From: Candidatus Latescibacterota bacterium
Lineage (GTDB): Bacteria; Latescibacterota; UBA2968; UBA8231
Assembly (NCBI GenBank): GCA_965215195.1
Contig: CBDCDC010000002.1
Coordinates: 1,472,001-1,536,000, forward strand
Length of the DNA: 64,000 bases
Reading direction: 5' to 3'
Every line of letters starts with the position of its first letter. Within the stretch, counting starts at the first letter, position 1. The translations under genes were made by a program, and so were the position numbers. The notes beneath the pieces are model-generated. The model searched no databases. It was not told the origin of the DNA and saw only the letters and a program-made list of their open reading frames with translations. Shown one piece after another: positions 38,142 to 47,629 of this stretch.

Positions 38142-39653
38142 TCACCGGACCTCCGAGCGCAAAACCTCCATCTCCAGCACCATATCCGGGTCCAGCGGAA
38201 AAAAGGGCCGCGCCCGCCGCACAAAGGGCAGGTGCCGCACGGTCGCCGGCGTCGGTCCCAGGGTGTCGAGCACAAAAACGGCTTGGGCCATAGCTCCGTA
38301 AGCGAGGCGGTAGTTCATGGGATTCTTGGCGACGATAAAGCGCGCACGCGCCGCGTCCATTCCGAGGGCCGCAAACTGCTCGCCATCCCATTCGTACGTA
38401 GGATGCGACGCCAACAGCACCTGTATCGGTCCCAGCGCGAGCACGGCCGCCGGCCCCATCTGCCCTTCGACCCCCTCCCAGATACCGCCCCGATAGCGGA
38501 AGCGACCATCGCTCAACCGCAGCACCCGACCGCGCACGGCGATTGGCTGTCCCCAACGCGGGTCGTGCCCGTGTCCCAGCACCAACTCCACCTCGGCCCC
38601 GACACCGGCCTGATGGCAGGCCGCGGCCGCACGGGCATCGACCAAGGGCACCAGCGCCGGGCCGTCCAACTCGGCCTGCAACAGAGCCGCTAGCCCCGCC
38701 ACGCTATCGCCAGCCGCGCCGCCACCGCAGCAGTCCGCAGCCTCCACCAGCACCACCGGGCCGCCCTCGACGGCCAAGCCGGTGCGCACGGCCTCTGCGG
38801 GTGCGTACAGCTCTGGCTCTAAGGCAAAGCGCCGCTCCCAGTACGCCGCAGCCAGCTCGCGGGCGAGTGCTTCGGCCTTGGCAAAGTCGCCGTCGGCAAT
38901 CGCCAGCCCGCCGCTGCCCATGCCGGCAAAATCGAGGTAGGGATGCACCAAGATCGCACTCGTCGAGAGGATGCCGTCGCGCTGCTCAGCGGCCTTGGCC
39001 AAGGCCATCACTTGCGCGAAAGGGTCGTCGTCCTCGGTCGAGCCGTGAATGGCCCCGGTGAGCACCGGCACCTTGGCCATGGCCATCGCGGGCTTGCACG
39101 CGCCAGCGAGCGCGTCGCACAGCAGGCGCGCCCCGCGCACACCCGTGGAAAAAGCATCGCGATGCGGATAGGTTTCCCAAGCTACCAAGCCATCGGCAGC
39201 GCGCATCATTTGCGCGGAAATATGGGCGTGTAAATCGAGCGTGGCGACGATGGGCACGGCCTCGCCGACGACCGCTCGCACCGAGGCCAGCAAATCCCCC
39301 TCCAAATCGACGCCGCCCTCTACGGCCGCCGCCCCGTGCAGCGGCATGAGGACTCCATCTACCGGGAGCACCGCGTTGAGCCGCGCCAAAAGCTCTTCCT
39401 TGAGCTGGTTGTAACAAGCCCGCGTCAGCGGACCGCCGGGGCAGGTGCTGGCAAACAACAGGGGCGCAACTTGCGCACCGCGCGCCGCCAGCACCCTGAG
39501 CATACCCCCAACCACCCCGTCTTCGGCTGCGAGCACCTCGCACCCGCGCCGCAGCTCATAGCGCTCAAACCACGACAGATCAATCGGCTCGCCGCCGAAT
39601 TGATTGCATTCGGTAAAAATCGCACCCAAGGCTACGCGCTGTTTGGCAACCAT
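38142..39653 (-). CDS. M81 family metallopeptidase (MlrC-like)
   Basis: TECNQF, LHGA, TLDLHAH, TYPHRD, D..GGG..GD. Confidence 0.88.
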   Translation of the reverse strand: MVAKQRVALGAIFTECNQFGGEPIDLSWFERYELRRGCEVLAAEDGVVGGMLRVLAARGAQVAPLLFASTCPGGPLTRACYNQLKEELLARLNAVLPVDGVLMPLHGAAAVEGGVDLEGDLLASVRAVVGEAVPIVATLDLHAHISAQMMRAADGLVAWETYPHRDAFSTGVRGARLLCDALAGACKPAMAMAKVPVLTGAIHGSTEDDDPFAQVMALAKAAEQRDGILSTSAILVHPYLDFAGMGSGGLAIADGDFAKAEALARELAAAYWERRFALEPELYAPAEAVRTGLAVEGGPVVLVEAADCCGGGAAGDSVAGLAALLQAELDGPALVPLVDARAAAACHQAGVGAEVELVLGHGHDPRWGQPIAVRGRVLRLSDGRFRYRGGIWEGVEGQMGPAAVLALGPIQVLLASHPTYEWDGEQFAALGMDAARARFIVAKNPMNYRLAYGAMAQAVFVLDTLGPTPATVRHLPFVRRARPFFPLDPDMVLEMEVLRSEVR

Positions 39654-39684
39654 GTAAACTCACTCCATCGGCTAGCTTTTTAAC

Positions 39685-39713
39685 AAAAAAGAGGGCAGCT
39701 AAAAAGCTGCCCT
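39685..39713 (-). terminator. Intrinsic terminator
   Basis: Minus strand AGGGCAGCT-TTTT-AGCTGCCCT followed by a T-run. Confidence 0.65.
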
Positions 39714-39750
39714 AAAGAAGCGTCGATTAAGATAGGAACCGGCCCGCCGC

Positions 39751-40827
39751 CTACCAAGCCAGCGGCTCGAATCCCATGTGCTGCGTCAGCTTGCGCGCCG
39801 CTTGCGCCACCTGTGGATGCGGGTCGTAGAGCGCGACCTCAAAGCTGTCGCGATGTGTGCGCGGATCGAGGCGGTCGAGGAACTTGGCCGCGCTCAGTCG
39901 CACGTGTGGCACCGGATCGGTCAGGCCGCGCCAAAACCACTTTGGGGCCTCCTCCCCGCTGCGCAAAACGAGCACCTCAATGGCCGCGCCGCGCACCGCC
40001 TTGTGCTCGCTCGCCGCGTACGGGGCCAGCACCTCCGGCTGAATGTCCTCGCAACGCCGCATCACCTTGAGGATGCCGACCGCGCTTTGCCGATGGCCCT
40101 CGCCGAGCAGCAATACGCACCACTCGAACAGGTCCGGGTCGCCTAGGTCGGCCAAGAGCTGTAAGCCGCGCACCTGCCGCTGCGGCTTGTCCGACTCCAA
40201 GCAAACAATGGCCTCTTCCTCGCGGTGATCGACGGGCGGCGCGATTGCGGCTATGGCCTGCTGGGCCTCGGCTTCGCGCACGACCTTGGGCCAGACCCGC
40301 AAGTGCTCAAAGTCGATCTCCACCCCGGCAAAGCACTCGGGGATCCACTGGGCGGCGCGGGCGAGCAATTCCTTCTCGCCGATCCGCGCATGGGGATGGG
40401 TCGCCAGCCGGTTATCGATCCAGCGGGCCAAGCGCAAGACGCCGTCGTGGCGGGCGCTGACGCCTTTGTGCGCCTTGACGCCCAAGACGGCGTTGATCCA
40501 GCGGGCTATTTCCTCGGCACTTTCCGGGATGCCCAGCCCGTAGTGGCTGCGCAACGAGGACGCGGGAATGGCTCCGTTGATCGAGATGACCCCGCCGCTT
40601 TCGCGCACTTGCTTACTACCGTAGCGCTGGCGCAAGGTTTTCAAGTCAACGTCAACGGCCAGCACGATGGGGCGATCCCGCGTGCGCCGCGACTTGGCGC
40701 GTGCCCGCTGCTTGGCGTAACTCTTGCTCCGCGAAAGCCACACCCGCCGCGAGGGCGACCGCGGCTGAAAGCCGTCGCGGGCGATCTGGCGCGCGGCGCG
40801 GCGCGTCGTGCCGTGATAGACGATCAT
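39751..40827 (-). CDS. HEAT-repeat protein with N-terminal ART-like (YHGT) domain
   Basis: MIVYHGTT...I..DGF...VWLS...YA; C-terminal HEAT-like repeats (VRGAAIEVL, DPVPHVRLSA, DPHPQVAQAA). Confidence 0.6.
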   Translation of the reverse strand: MIVYHGTTRRAARQIARDGFQPRSPSRRVWLSRSKSYAKQRARAKSRRTRDRPIVLAVDVDLKTLRQRYGSKQVRESGGVISINGAIPASSLRSHYGLGIPESAEEIARWINAVLGVKAHKGVSARHDGVLRLARWIDNRLATHPHARIGEKELLARAAQWIPECFAGVEIDFEHLRVWPKVVREAEAQQAIAAIAPPVDHREEEAIVCLESDKPQRQVRGLQLLADLGDPDLFEWCVLLLGEGHRQSAVGILKVMRRCEDIQPEVLAPYAASEHKAVRGAAIEVLVLRSGEEAPKWFWRGLTDPVPHVRLSAAKFLDRLDPRTHRDSFEVALYDPHPQVAQAARKLTQHMGFEPLAW

Positions 40828-40883
40828 AATGGACCTCCTCGCAATCGCGCCCTACTCGGACGCCTGCGGCCAGAATCGCTTGC

Positions 40884-41789
40884 TCACTTCACAATGTCAA
40901 GTCTTTCGTCCGCTTCTCGCGTGCAGCGCACTAAGCAGCGCAATTCGGTGAGCGGATCAGTTGGACAGTTCCTTTGATAGTCCCGCACCTGCTCCAGCCA
41001 CACAGCCTCCCAGTCGCCGCCCTGATAGCGGTGCAACGTCGCCAAGGCCCCTACGGCTGCGGCTTGGATGGCCCCGGGCTTCTCCGCGCTCCAAACGCCG
41101 ACCCTGTACGCGCTGCGGATGCCGCCGGCGACCGGGTCCCAAGCGGCCTCTACGTGTTGGCGCAGATAGCGACCTGTCAAGGCGATGAGGCGCGTCTCGC
41201 CACGGCGGCCGGCCTCGTCCAACATCGCAGTCAGCGCGGCGAGGGCCGCTGCGCTGTGGACGCAGGTTCCCCAGTGATCGTCAAAGCGGAAGAAGTCGCG
41301 GCGGACGGCAAAGAGCAACAGCCCCAAGTCTGGGTGGTAGTGGTAGTTCAAGATGGCGGCTACGGCGCGGGCGGCCGCTATGTGCAGTTCGCGGTCGGCG
41401 CGGGTGTGCAAAAGGCGCGTACCCGCGCTCAGCACCTGCGCCCAGTCCCCGAGGCAGCGCGCCCCCTTGGGCGTGGACTCGCCGACGTAATCCGCTGCGT
41501 CGCAACGCGCCAGGCTTTGCAGCGCAAGCGTCCGCGCCCGTGCCCAATAGCCACAGGCCGCCAGCCCCTCGGCCAACGCGAGAGAGCCGCGGACCCCAGC
41601 CCCGCTGCACTCATCGCTTCTACAGCCCTCGGCCACCTGCTCGGCCAGCATCCGGTAGCGCGGCTGATCTTGCAAATGGGCCAGCGACCACAACAATTGA
41701 CCGTCCCGCAGCGCACTTTTTCGGCTGCGCTCAAGGCGAAGCAGCGCCTCAACGGACTTGGCGGCCGCCTCGGCGATCCGCACGGCCAT
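40884..41789 (-). CDS. Hypothetical protein, possibly degenerate AGE-epimerase-like fold
   Basis: RQHVEAAWDPVAGGI...EKP..Q motif; weak. Confidence 0.4.
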   Translation of the reverse strand: MAVRIAEAAAKSVEALLRLERSRKSALRDGQLLWSLAHLQDQPRYRMLAEQVAEGCRSDECSGAGVRGSLALAEGLAACGYWARARTLALQSLARCDAADYVGESTPKGARCLGDWAQVLSAGTRLLHTRADRELHIAAARAVAAILNYHYHPDLGLLLFAVRRDFFRFDDHWGTCVHSAAALAALTAMLDEAGRRGETRLIALTGRYLRQHVEAAWDPVAGGIRSAYRVGVWSAEKPGAIQAAAVGALATLHRYQGGDWEAVWLEQVRDYQRNCPTDPLTELRCLVRCTREADERLDIVK

Positions 41790-41791
41790 GG

Positions 41792-42793
41792 CTAAAACTG
41801 CCCACTGCGGGATTCGTATCGCGTCGGCTTGCCCAAGCTCGGGCCGCCGGCCATGACCCACTCGGCCACGGTGTGCAGCATCTGCTGCGGGCCGACGCGC
41901 GGGCGGCCAAATTCCGCGCACAAGCGCCGGCTGTCCCCCAAGAGGGCGTCCGGGGCCTCCGCGCCCGTGAAGCGGGGCGTCTTGCCCATGATTTTCCCTA
42001 GCTGTTCGGCTAGCTCGCGCACGGATAAGGCCTCCGGGCCAGTCAGGTTGATGATGTCGGCCGGGCTGTGGCACAGGGGAAAGAAGCGGCACAGATAGGC
42101 GTTGGCGTCGCCCTGCCAGATTTGGTTGACGTACCCCATAGTCAGGTCAATCGGCTCTTGCTGCCACACCTTATCGGCGAGATCGCGGATGATGCCGTAG
42201 CGCGGCTCGGTGGCGTAAAACAGCCGCGCAATCAGCAAGGGCGTCCCCCGCACCCGCGACGCGTACTGGGCGACCCGCTCTCCGCCCAAGCGCGATTGGG
42301 CGTATTCGCCCACTGGCCCCAAAGCCCCGTCTTCGTCTGCCCCCGGCCCCGGGGCCTTGGCATACGCATACACGTTGCCCGAACTCACATAGACGATCCG
42401 CGACTGTGCGTAGCGCGCCATCACCGCGCCGGGCAACGCAGTATTCACCGCCCAAGTCGCGTCTTCGTTGCCCGTGGCCCCAAACTTAAACCCGGCGAGC
42501 AAGACGACGTTGGGCGCATCGGGTAGCTGCTTCAGTGCCTCGCTGGCGAGCAGGTCGCAGGCAATGGTTTGCACGCCGACGCTGTCCAAGTAGCACCGCT
42601 TTTCCGCATCCGCAAAGCGCGCCACCCCCACCACCTGCTGGGCCCCAGCCCGCACCAACAGCTCGGCCAAAGTCGGCCCCATCTTGCCGCTGACCCCCAG
42701 CAGCAGGACCGGCCCGTCCAACTGGCGCACGGCCTCCACGACTGCGGGCGTCGGGGTCGTCATGTCGTCTATAAGCGCGGCTTCGCTGACCAT
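41792..42793 (-). CDS. NAD-dependent epimerase/dehydratase
   Basis: LGVSGKMG, SSGNVY, YAQSRLG. Confidence 0.85.
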   Translation of the reverse strand: MVSEAALIDDMTTPTPAVVEAVRQLDGPVLLLGVSGKMGPTLAELLVRAGAQQVVGVARFADAEKRCYLDSVGVQTIACDLLASEALKQLPDAPNVVLLAGFKFGATGNEDATWAVNTALPGAVMARYAQSRIVYVSSGNVYAYAKAPGPGADEDGALGPVGEYAQSRLGGERVAQYASRVRGTPLLIARLFYATEPRYGIIRDLADKVWQQEPIDLTMGYVNQIWQGDANAYLCRFFPLCHSPADIINLTGPEALSVRELAEQLGKIMGKTPRFTGAEAPDALLGDSRRLCAEFGRPRVGPQQMLHTVAEWVMAGGPSLGKPTRYESRSGQF

Positions 42794-42795
42794 AT

Positions 42796-43719
42796 TTACC
42801 TCTCTTTCACGCATTGCACACCCTCGGCGGCGAGGCTGAGAACCAAGGTTTGCGCGGCAATCCCCTCTTTGGCCCACGCCTTTTGCATGGCCCCGGCTAC
42901 CTCCGCACCCCGGTCGCTGACCAGCGCCAATACAGTCGGCCCGGCTCCGCTCAAGGCCGCACCCAACGCCCCGGCCGCTGTGGCCGCGGCCAACACCGCC
43001 TCTATCCCTCGGACTAGCGCCGTGCGATAGGGCTGGTGCAACCGATCTTGCATCCCGGTCCGCAGCAGTTTGTAGTCCCCCTGTTGCAGCGCGGCCACCA
43101 ACAAGCCGACGCGCCCGGCGTTAAATACCGCGTCCCGCCGCGCAACCTGTTCGGGCAGCACGCTCCGCGACTCGGGCGTAGGCAGGGGAAAATCCGGGAT
43201 GGCCACGACCGCGGCCAAACCCTTTGGCGGCTCGATCCGCGCCCACGCAACCTGATCGCCGTCCAAAGCCGCGACGACGATCCCTCCCAACGCACAGGGC
43301 GCGACATTGTCTAGGTGCCCCTCCACGGCCGCGCCCTGCCGCAAGACCTCCTCCCGATCCAGCCCCAGCCCGCACAGCTTGGCTCCGGCAGCCAAGCCGG
43401 CGATCAGGGCGGCCGCGCTGCTGCCCAGCCCACTGGCCAGCGGGATTTGGTTGTCGATCGCCAAGCGCAGCCGCCCGGGCGTCTTGCCGGCCCGCGCATA
43501 GGCGCGCACCACCCCCTGATACACGGCGTTGCGCTCGTCCAAGGGCACGCTCGCGCTCCCCTCGCCCGTGGCCGCGATCTCCAAGCCCTCGCCCTCGCCT
43601 TCTTCCACTGCCAAATCCATGTACAATGCCAACGCCAAGCCCAAGCAGTCAAAGCCCGCTCCGAGATTCGCCGACGTGGCCGGTGTGCGCACCCTCACCT
43701 GTTTTACTTTCTCATTCAT
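42796..43719 (-). CDS. thrB: Homoserine kinase
   Basis: PATSANLGAGFD, PLASGLGSSAA, EGHLDN, DRLHQPYR, SGAGPT. Confidence 0.95.
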   Translation of the reverse strand: MNEKVKQVRVRTPATSANLGAGFDCLGLALALYMDLAVEEGEGEGLEIAATGEGSASVPLDERNAVYQGVVRAYARAGKTPGRLRLAIDNQIPLASGLGSSAAALIAGLAAGAKLCGLGLDREEVLRQGAAVEGHLDNVAPCALGGIVVAALDGDQVAWARIEPPKGLAAVVAIPDFPLPTPESRSVLPEQVARRDAVFNAGRVGLLVAALQQGDYKLLRTGMQDRLHQPYRTALVRGIEAVLAAATAAGALGAALSGAGPTVLALVSDRGAEVAGAMQKAWAKEGIAAQTLVLSLAAEGVQCVKER

Positions 43720-43752
43720 TGGGGCCTATTTGACTTCGGGCGGGGATGGGGA

Positions 43753-43941
43753 TTAGCCCAGTTTCAACAGGATCGTCACCAGCAAGCCGGTGATGCCGAT
43801 GCCGATAAGCCAGCGCATCCAGCGGGCCACTTCCTGCCGGAGTGTGGCCATGTCCTCGCGCTGGTGGGTCTCAATGCGCTTGGATAGCTCGGCGACGACG
43901 ACTTGCAGCGGGTCGGGGTTTAGTTCAGGGGGGGTAGTCAT
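43753..43941 (-). CDS. Small coiled-coil + C-terminal TM protein (DUF1640-like)
   Basis: AGGAG RBS; RWMRWLIGIGITGLLV. Confidence 0.5.
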   Translation of the reverse strand: MTTPPELNPDPLQVVVAELSKRIETHQREDMATLRQEVARWMRWLIGIGITGLLVTILLKLG

Positions 43942-43961
43942 GGGCTGCGGCTCCTCTCCTA

Positions 43962-45077
43962 TTGTTGATAGACAAATTATGTTACCATATGTATAAGATA
44001 GTTTCCAGACAAATTTTCCACTGCGATCGCGCATTCTTTTCTTCCGTGCAATATCTCTTCCTCATTGGATGGGCCGCTGTCCTATTCGGGAACCAGCCGG
44101 CCAACGCCCAGCCACACATCTACACCATCGGCTTAGTCTTTACCGATCGCGTCGAGCAAGAAGTCCTGCCCGTCCACCTCGCCGAGCAACATCCCCTCTT
44201 GATGCGGAAAATCGACCGTGCGCTCCGGGACCTATTTGCCGGCTTGGGCCGCCTGCGCGCCGTGCGCTTGCCGAGCGTCGGCGAGGCCCACGATCCCGTT
44301 TATCAAGGGGAAGAATCCGTCGATTACATCGCCCACTTCATTCTCAACAAGGCTTATAAAACATACCACAACAAGGTCATTCACTACGAGGATTTGGGCC
44401 TATTCGACGACGGAAGGCCGAGCGAAGACCGTTCTTACGAGGTGATTTCCCTGCCCGCCATCGTCGGCCAACTCGAAGTCAAGCTGGTGGATCCGCGCCG
44501 GGGCAAAATTTTCTGGTCCGACTTGCGCGACTCCTCGGCCGTGATACCTTATGACAAACACCTATACCTTTATAATACTTGGAAGTATCCGGGCGCGTCA
44601 CATCCCGGTTTGACGCGGGCTTTCCTAGCCGACCTTCTCCGCTTGCAAATGGCCGATCCTGCCACAGAACGCGCACTGAACGTTGCCGAGCGTTGGTTCG
44701 TCTCCAAGCCCAGTAGCGACCTCGCCGTTGCCCGAGGGCTGTTAAAGGGGCTGGCGGACAATCTAGCGCCCGACCTAGATGCGAATTTGCCGCTAGAGGG
44801 GCGCATAGCCGCCCTATTGCCCGAGCAGAAAGGCAAACCCCATGTCCGGCTAAACATGGGTGCTCGGCACGGGCTAACCAAGCGAATGCGGTTCGATGTG
44901 TGGCGGCCTAGGCCATCGCAGCAGAAAGTGGGGCAAATAGAGATAGTTGACGTGGATTCCACCACGGCCATCGCTCGGCTGCGAAAACTAGAGAAGGAAC
45001 TCAAGAAACGCGGGGTTGGCCTACAGCTCCAAGACCGGGTCGTTTCCCCAAAACGCCCTTTGAGAAGATCGTTATGA
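43962..45077 (+). CDS. Secreted hypothetical protein with FlgT-C-like beta domain
   Basis: NMGARHGL...VGQIEIVDV..TTAIAR...DRV; start uncertain. Confidence 0.5.
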   Translation: MLIDKLCYHMYKIVSRQIFHCDRAFFSSVQYLFLIGWAAVLFGNQPANAQPHIYTIGLVFTDRVEQEVLPVHLAEQHPLLMRKIDRALRDLFAGLGRLRAVRLPSVGEAHDPVYQGEESVDYIAHFILNKAYKTYHNKVIHYEDLGLFDDGRPSEDRSYEVISLPAIVGQLEVKLVDPRRGKIFWSDLRDSSAVIPYDKHLYLYNTWKYPGASHPGLTRAFLADLLRLQMADPATERALNVAERWFVSKPSSDLAVARGLLKGLADNLAPDLDANLPLEGRIAALLPEQKGKPHVRLNMGARHGLTKRMRFDVWRPRPSQQKVGQIEIVDVDSTTAIARLRKLEKELKKRGVGLQLQDRVVSPKRPLRRSL

Positions 45078-45226
45078 CCGAACATCCGCATCCGCAGCTT
45101 GAACGCGAGCAAGGCGGCATCATCGGCATTTTGGAGCAGATGAACGAGCAGCTAACCCGAACCCCTTGACGCCCTATTAGCAGCCCGCCGCGCTAGTAGG
45201 GCATTACCACCGAGGAGAAATCCGCA

Positions 45227-46450
45227 ATGAATAAGAAATGGGTCTCCACGCGCTTTGCTTCGCCCACTCAGGACTTCGATCTCAACACGCTGGTCCGCCG
45301 CCTGCGCCGTGGCTTTGTCATCGCCCTAGCCTCTGCTGCGGCCCTCCTGCTCATCGTCGTTGCGCTCAACCCCTTTCGAGAGGCCGAGAAGAAGACGCCC
45401 CGACCTCTGACGACCAAGTTCATCAAACGCGAGCCGCGGCTGACCAAGCCGCTGGAGTTGCGCAAAATCCCCCAGCCCAAGCGCCAGCTCGCGCGCCGCG
45501 AAGTCCAGCTCGCGCAAGCGCGCATGGACCAAGTCCAAGCCACGGCCTCGTTCAACACCCGCAGCCTCATCGCCGGCGTTAGCGGCTCGGGGATTCGCCT
45601 GTCCGGGCAATCTGCCTTCAGCCCGACGAGCACCATGACCCTAGAGCCTAAGCTGGCGGCAGCGGCCGTGACCAGCACCCGCACCTCTGAGCACAAAATC
45701 GACATGGGGCTAGAGATGCTCGACGTCAACAACATGGACACCGGTCGCTACCGCGCCATTATCGTCCAAGACGCCACGGACAAGCAGGCCATCAAGGGCT
45801 TTGTCAAGCTGGCGCAGGTCATGTCCTCGCGGGCACTGGCCGGCGGCACCTCCGGCTACGGTTCGGTCACGCTCCGCATCCAAACCATCGACCGGCTGCG
45901 CGACGTGCTCAACGAGTACACCGGCCTCAAGGCCGAATTCCTCGGCTTTATCACGTTCGACGATCCTCGCCTGATGGAAATACCCGTCATCGTCGAGCCC
46001 CAAGGTTCCCCCAGCGAGACCGAAATGGACAACTTGGCTCATTACCTGACGTCGGGGGGGTTTATATTCGCGCATATCAGTGGAAAATACGCAGAAGCCC
46101 TCGAAAAGTACGGCGGCCTAGTCCGCGGCAAGGACTTCTGGTCCGAGCGCCTGCCGGAGGATCACCCTATCTATACTGCCTTCTTCGACCTGAGTGGGGG
46201 CATGCCTTTCGGCTATAGTCCCTCGCTGGGTCAGGGCAAGTCGGGCGTCAGGCCCTGGAACTATCTGCGTGCCTATTACATCAATGGACGGATAGCGAGC
46301 ATCATGCCCGGCGACGGCGGCTGGGGCTGGGAAAACGATGTCCGCGGCGGGGACTCAACTCGCCAGCTACAAATGGCGGTCAACATCATCATCTACGCCC
46401 TGACGCAGGAAGGGTCGATTACCCAACGCCTCATGCAGATGGTCAACTAA
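45227..46450 (+). CDS. DUF4159-domain membrane-anchored protein
   Basis: YLTSGGFIF, HPIYTAFFD, VNIIIYALTQEGS; shares DTGRYRA..V.D..K.IKGF with 6523-7869. Confidence 0.7.
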   Translation: MNKKWVSTRFASPTQDFDLNTLVRRLRRGFVIALASAAALLLIVVALNPFREAEKKTPRPLTTKFIKREPRLTKPLELRKIPQPKRQLARREVQLAQARMDQVQATASFNTRSLIAGVSGSGIRLSGQSAFSPTSTMTLEPKLAAAAVTSTRTSEHKIDMGLEMLDVNNMDTGRYRAIIVQDATDKQAIKGFVKLAQVMSSRALAGGTSGYGSVTLRIQTIDRLRDVLNEYTGLKAEFLGFITFDDPRLMEIPVIVEPQGSPSETEMDNLAHYLTSGGFIFAHISGKYAEALEKYGGLVRGKDFWSERLPEDHPIYTAFFDLSGGMPFGYSPSLGQGKSGVRPWNYLRAYYINGRIASIMPGDGGWGWENDVRGGDSTRQLQMAVNIIIYALTQEGSITQRLMQMVN

Positions 46451-46487
46451 CCACTGGTACTAGTGGGTTGACCGGTCGGCGCACCTT

Positions 46488-46529
46488 AAACGCACACCGT
46501 GCTTTTCTATACGCACGGTGTGCGTTTTT
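46488..46529 (+). terminator. Intrinsic terminator
   Basis: AAACGCACACCGTGC...GCACGGTGTGCGTTT-TT. Confidence 0.7.
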
Positions 46530-46568
46530 ATGCGTTCCGCTTGGTACACGACAGTAGGGCCTTACCCT

Positions 46569-46618
46569 CGGATCGAGGGCATCTTGCCCTCGTCGAGGGC
46601 GGGACGCCCTCGATCCCG
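46569..46618. repeat. REP-doublet (REPIN-like) palindrome
   Basis: GATCGAGGGC-ATCTT-GCCCTCG-TCGAGGGC-GGGAC-GCCCTCGATC. Confidence 0.6.
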
Positions 46619-46809
46619 GACGCATCGCCCATCAACGACAAGTTATTGGTGTCGTGTAGTTAGGCGTTCCGCTATCTTGACATGGCAATTTGAACATGGT
46701 ACGATGAGAGTACCGCTTGAGAAGGAGCTTACCCACGATTGAACCCGCGTCCTCCCAGCCTCAGACCGCCTCGCTCCCCTGCGAACCGAAAGCATAGGGG
46801 CACCTACCC

Positions 46810-47628
46810 ATGTTCAAGCTCGCCCTAGCAAGCCTCTGCGCCGGCCTATTGAGCTGCGCCGCACAACAGGCCGAGTACTACATCGACCAACTCGCCGATC
46901 CGCGAAGTCGAGTCCGCCGCGACGCCAGCCACGCCTTGGTACAACTAGGCGACGCGGCCATTGAGCCTTTGCTGAACCGCGCGGCCACCGGCAGCGATAC
47001 CCTGCGCTTTATTGCCGCCCAAATCCTCGGCCAAATCGGCGACCGGCGCGCCACCCCTTTCCTCAAAGCACTCCTCCGCGACGAAAACCTCCACGTCCGC
47101 GAAAAGGCCGTCCGCGCCCTCGGCCAGCTCGACGATCTTCACCTCCACGCCCCCTTAGCCAGCGTCCTCTCCGGCGACCCAGTTCCAGACGTGCGCGGCG
47201 CGGCCGCTTGGAGCTTGGGCAACCTCCGCGACACCACGGCCGTGCCCTCTTTGGTGCGCGCCTTGGCCGACACCGTTCCCTCAGTGCGCCGACAGGCCCT
47301 TGCCGCGCTTCAGTTTCTGTGGACGCCGGCGGCCGAAGCAGCAGCCCTCGACGCGCTCCGCGACCGCGACGACAACGTGCGCTACATCGCCGCGCAACTG
47401 TTGGGGCACCACCGGACGCACCGCGCCCTCGACGCGCTGTGCCTCGCCTTGGCCGACGACAATATCTGGGTCCGCACGGAGAGTGCCCGCACCTTGGGCC
47501 GCATCGGCGACACCACGGCCGTGGGGCCCCTAGAGCGCCTGTTCGCCGAGCGCGAAGGCCCGGACCACGAGGCCGCAAAAGAGGCATTGCAACTGCTCAC
47601 GGGCCTGAACTACGCGGTCGCCCCCTAA
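46810..47628 (+). CDS. HEAT/PBS-lyase repeat lipoprotein
   Basis: Lipobox LLSC; repeated D....VR..AA.ALG. Confidence 0.85.
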   Translation: MFKLALASLCAGLLSCAAQQAEYYIDQLADPRSRVRRDASHALVQLGDAAIEPLLNRAATGSDTLRFIAAQILGQIGDRRATPFLKALLRDENLHVREKAVRALGQLDDLHLHAPLASVLSGDPVPDVRGAAAWSLGNLRDTTAVPSLVRALADTVPSVRRQALAALQFLWTPAAEAAALDALRDRDDNVRYIAAQLLGHHRTHRALDALCLALADDNIWVRTESARTLGRIGDTTAVGPLERLFAEREGPDHEAAKEALQLLTGLNYAVAP

Positions 47629-47629
47629 T

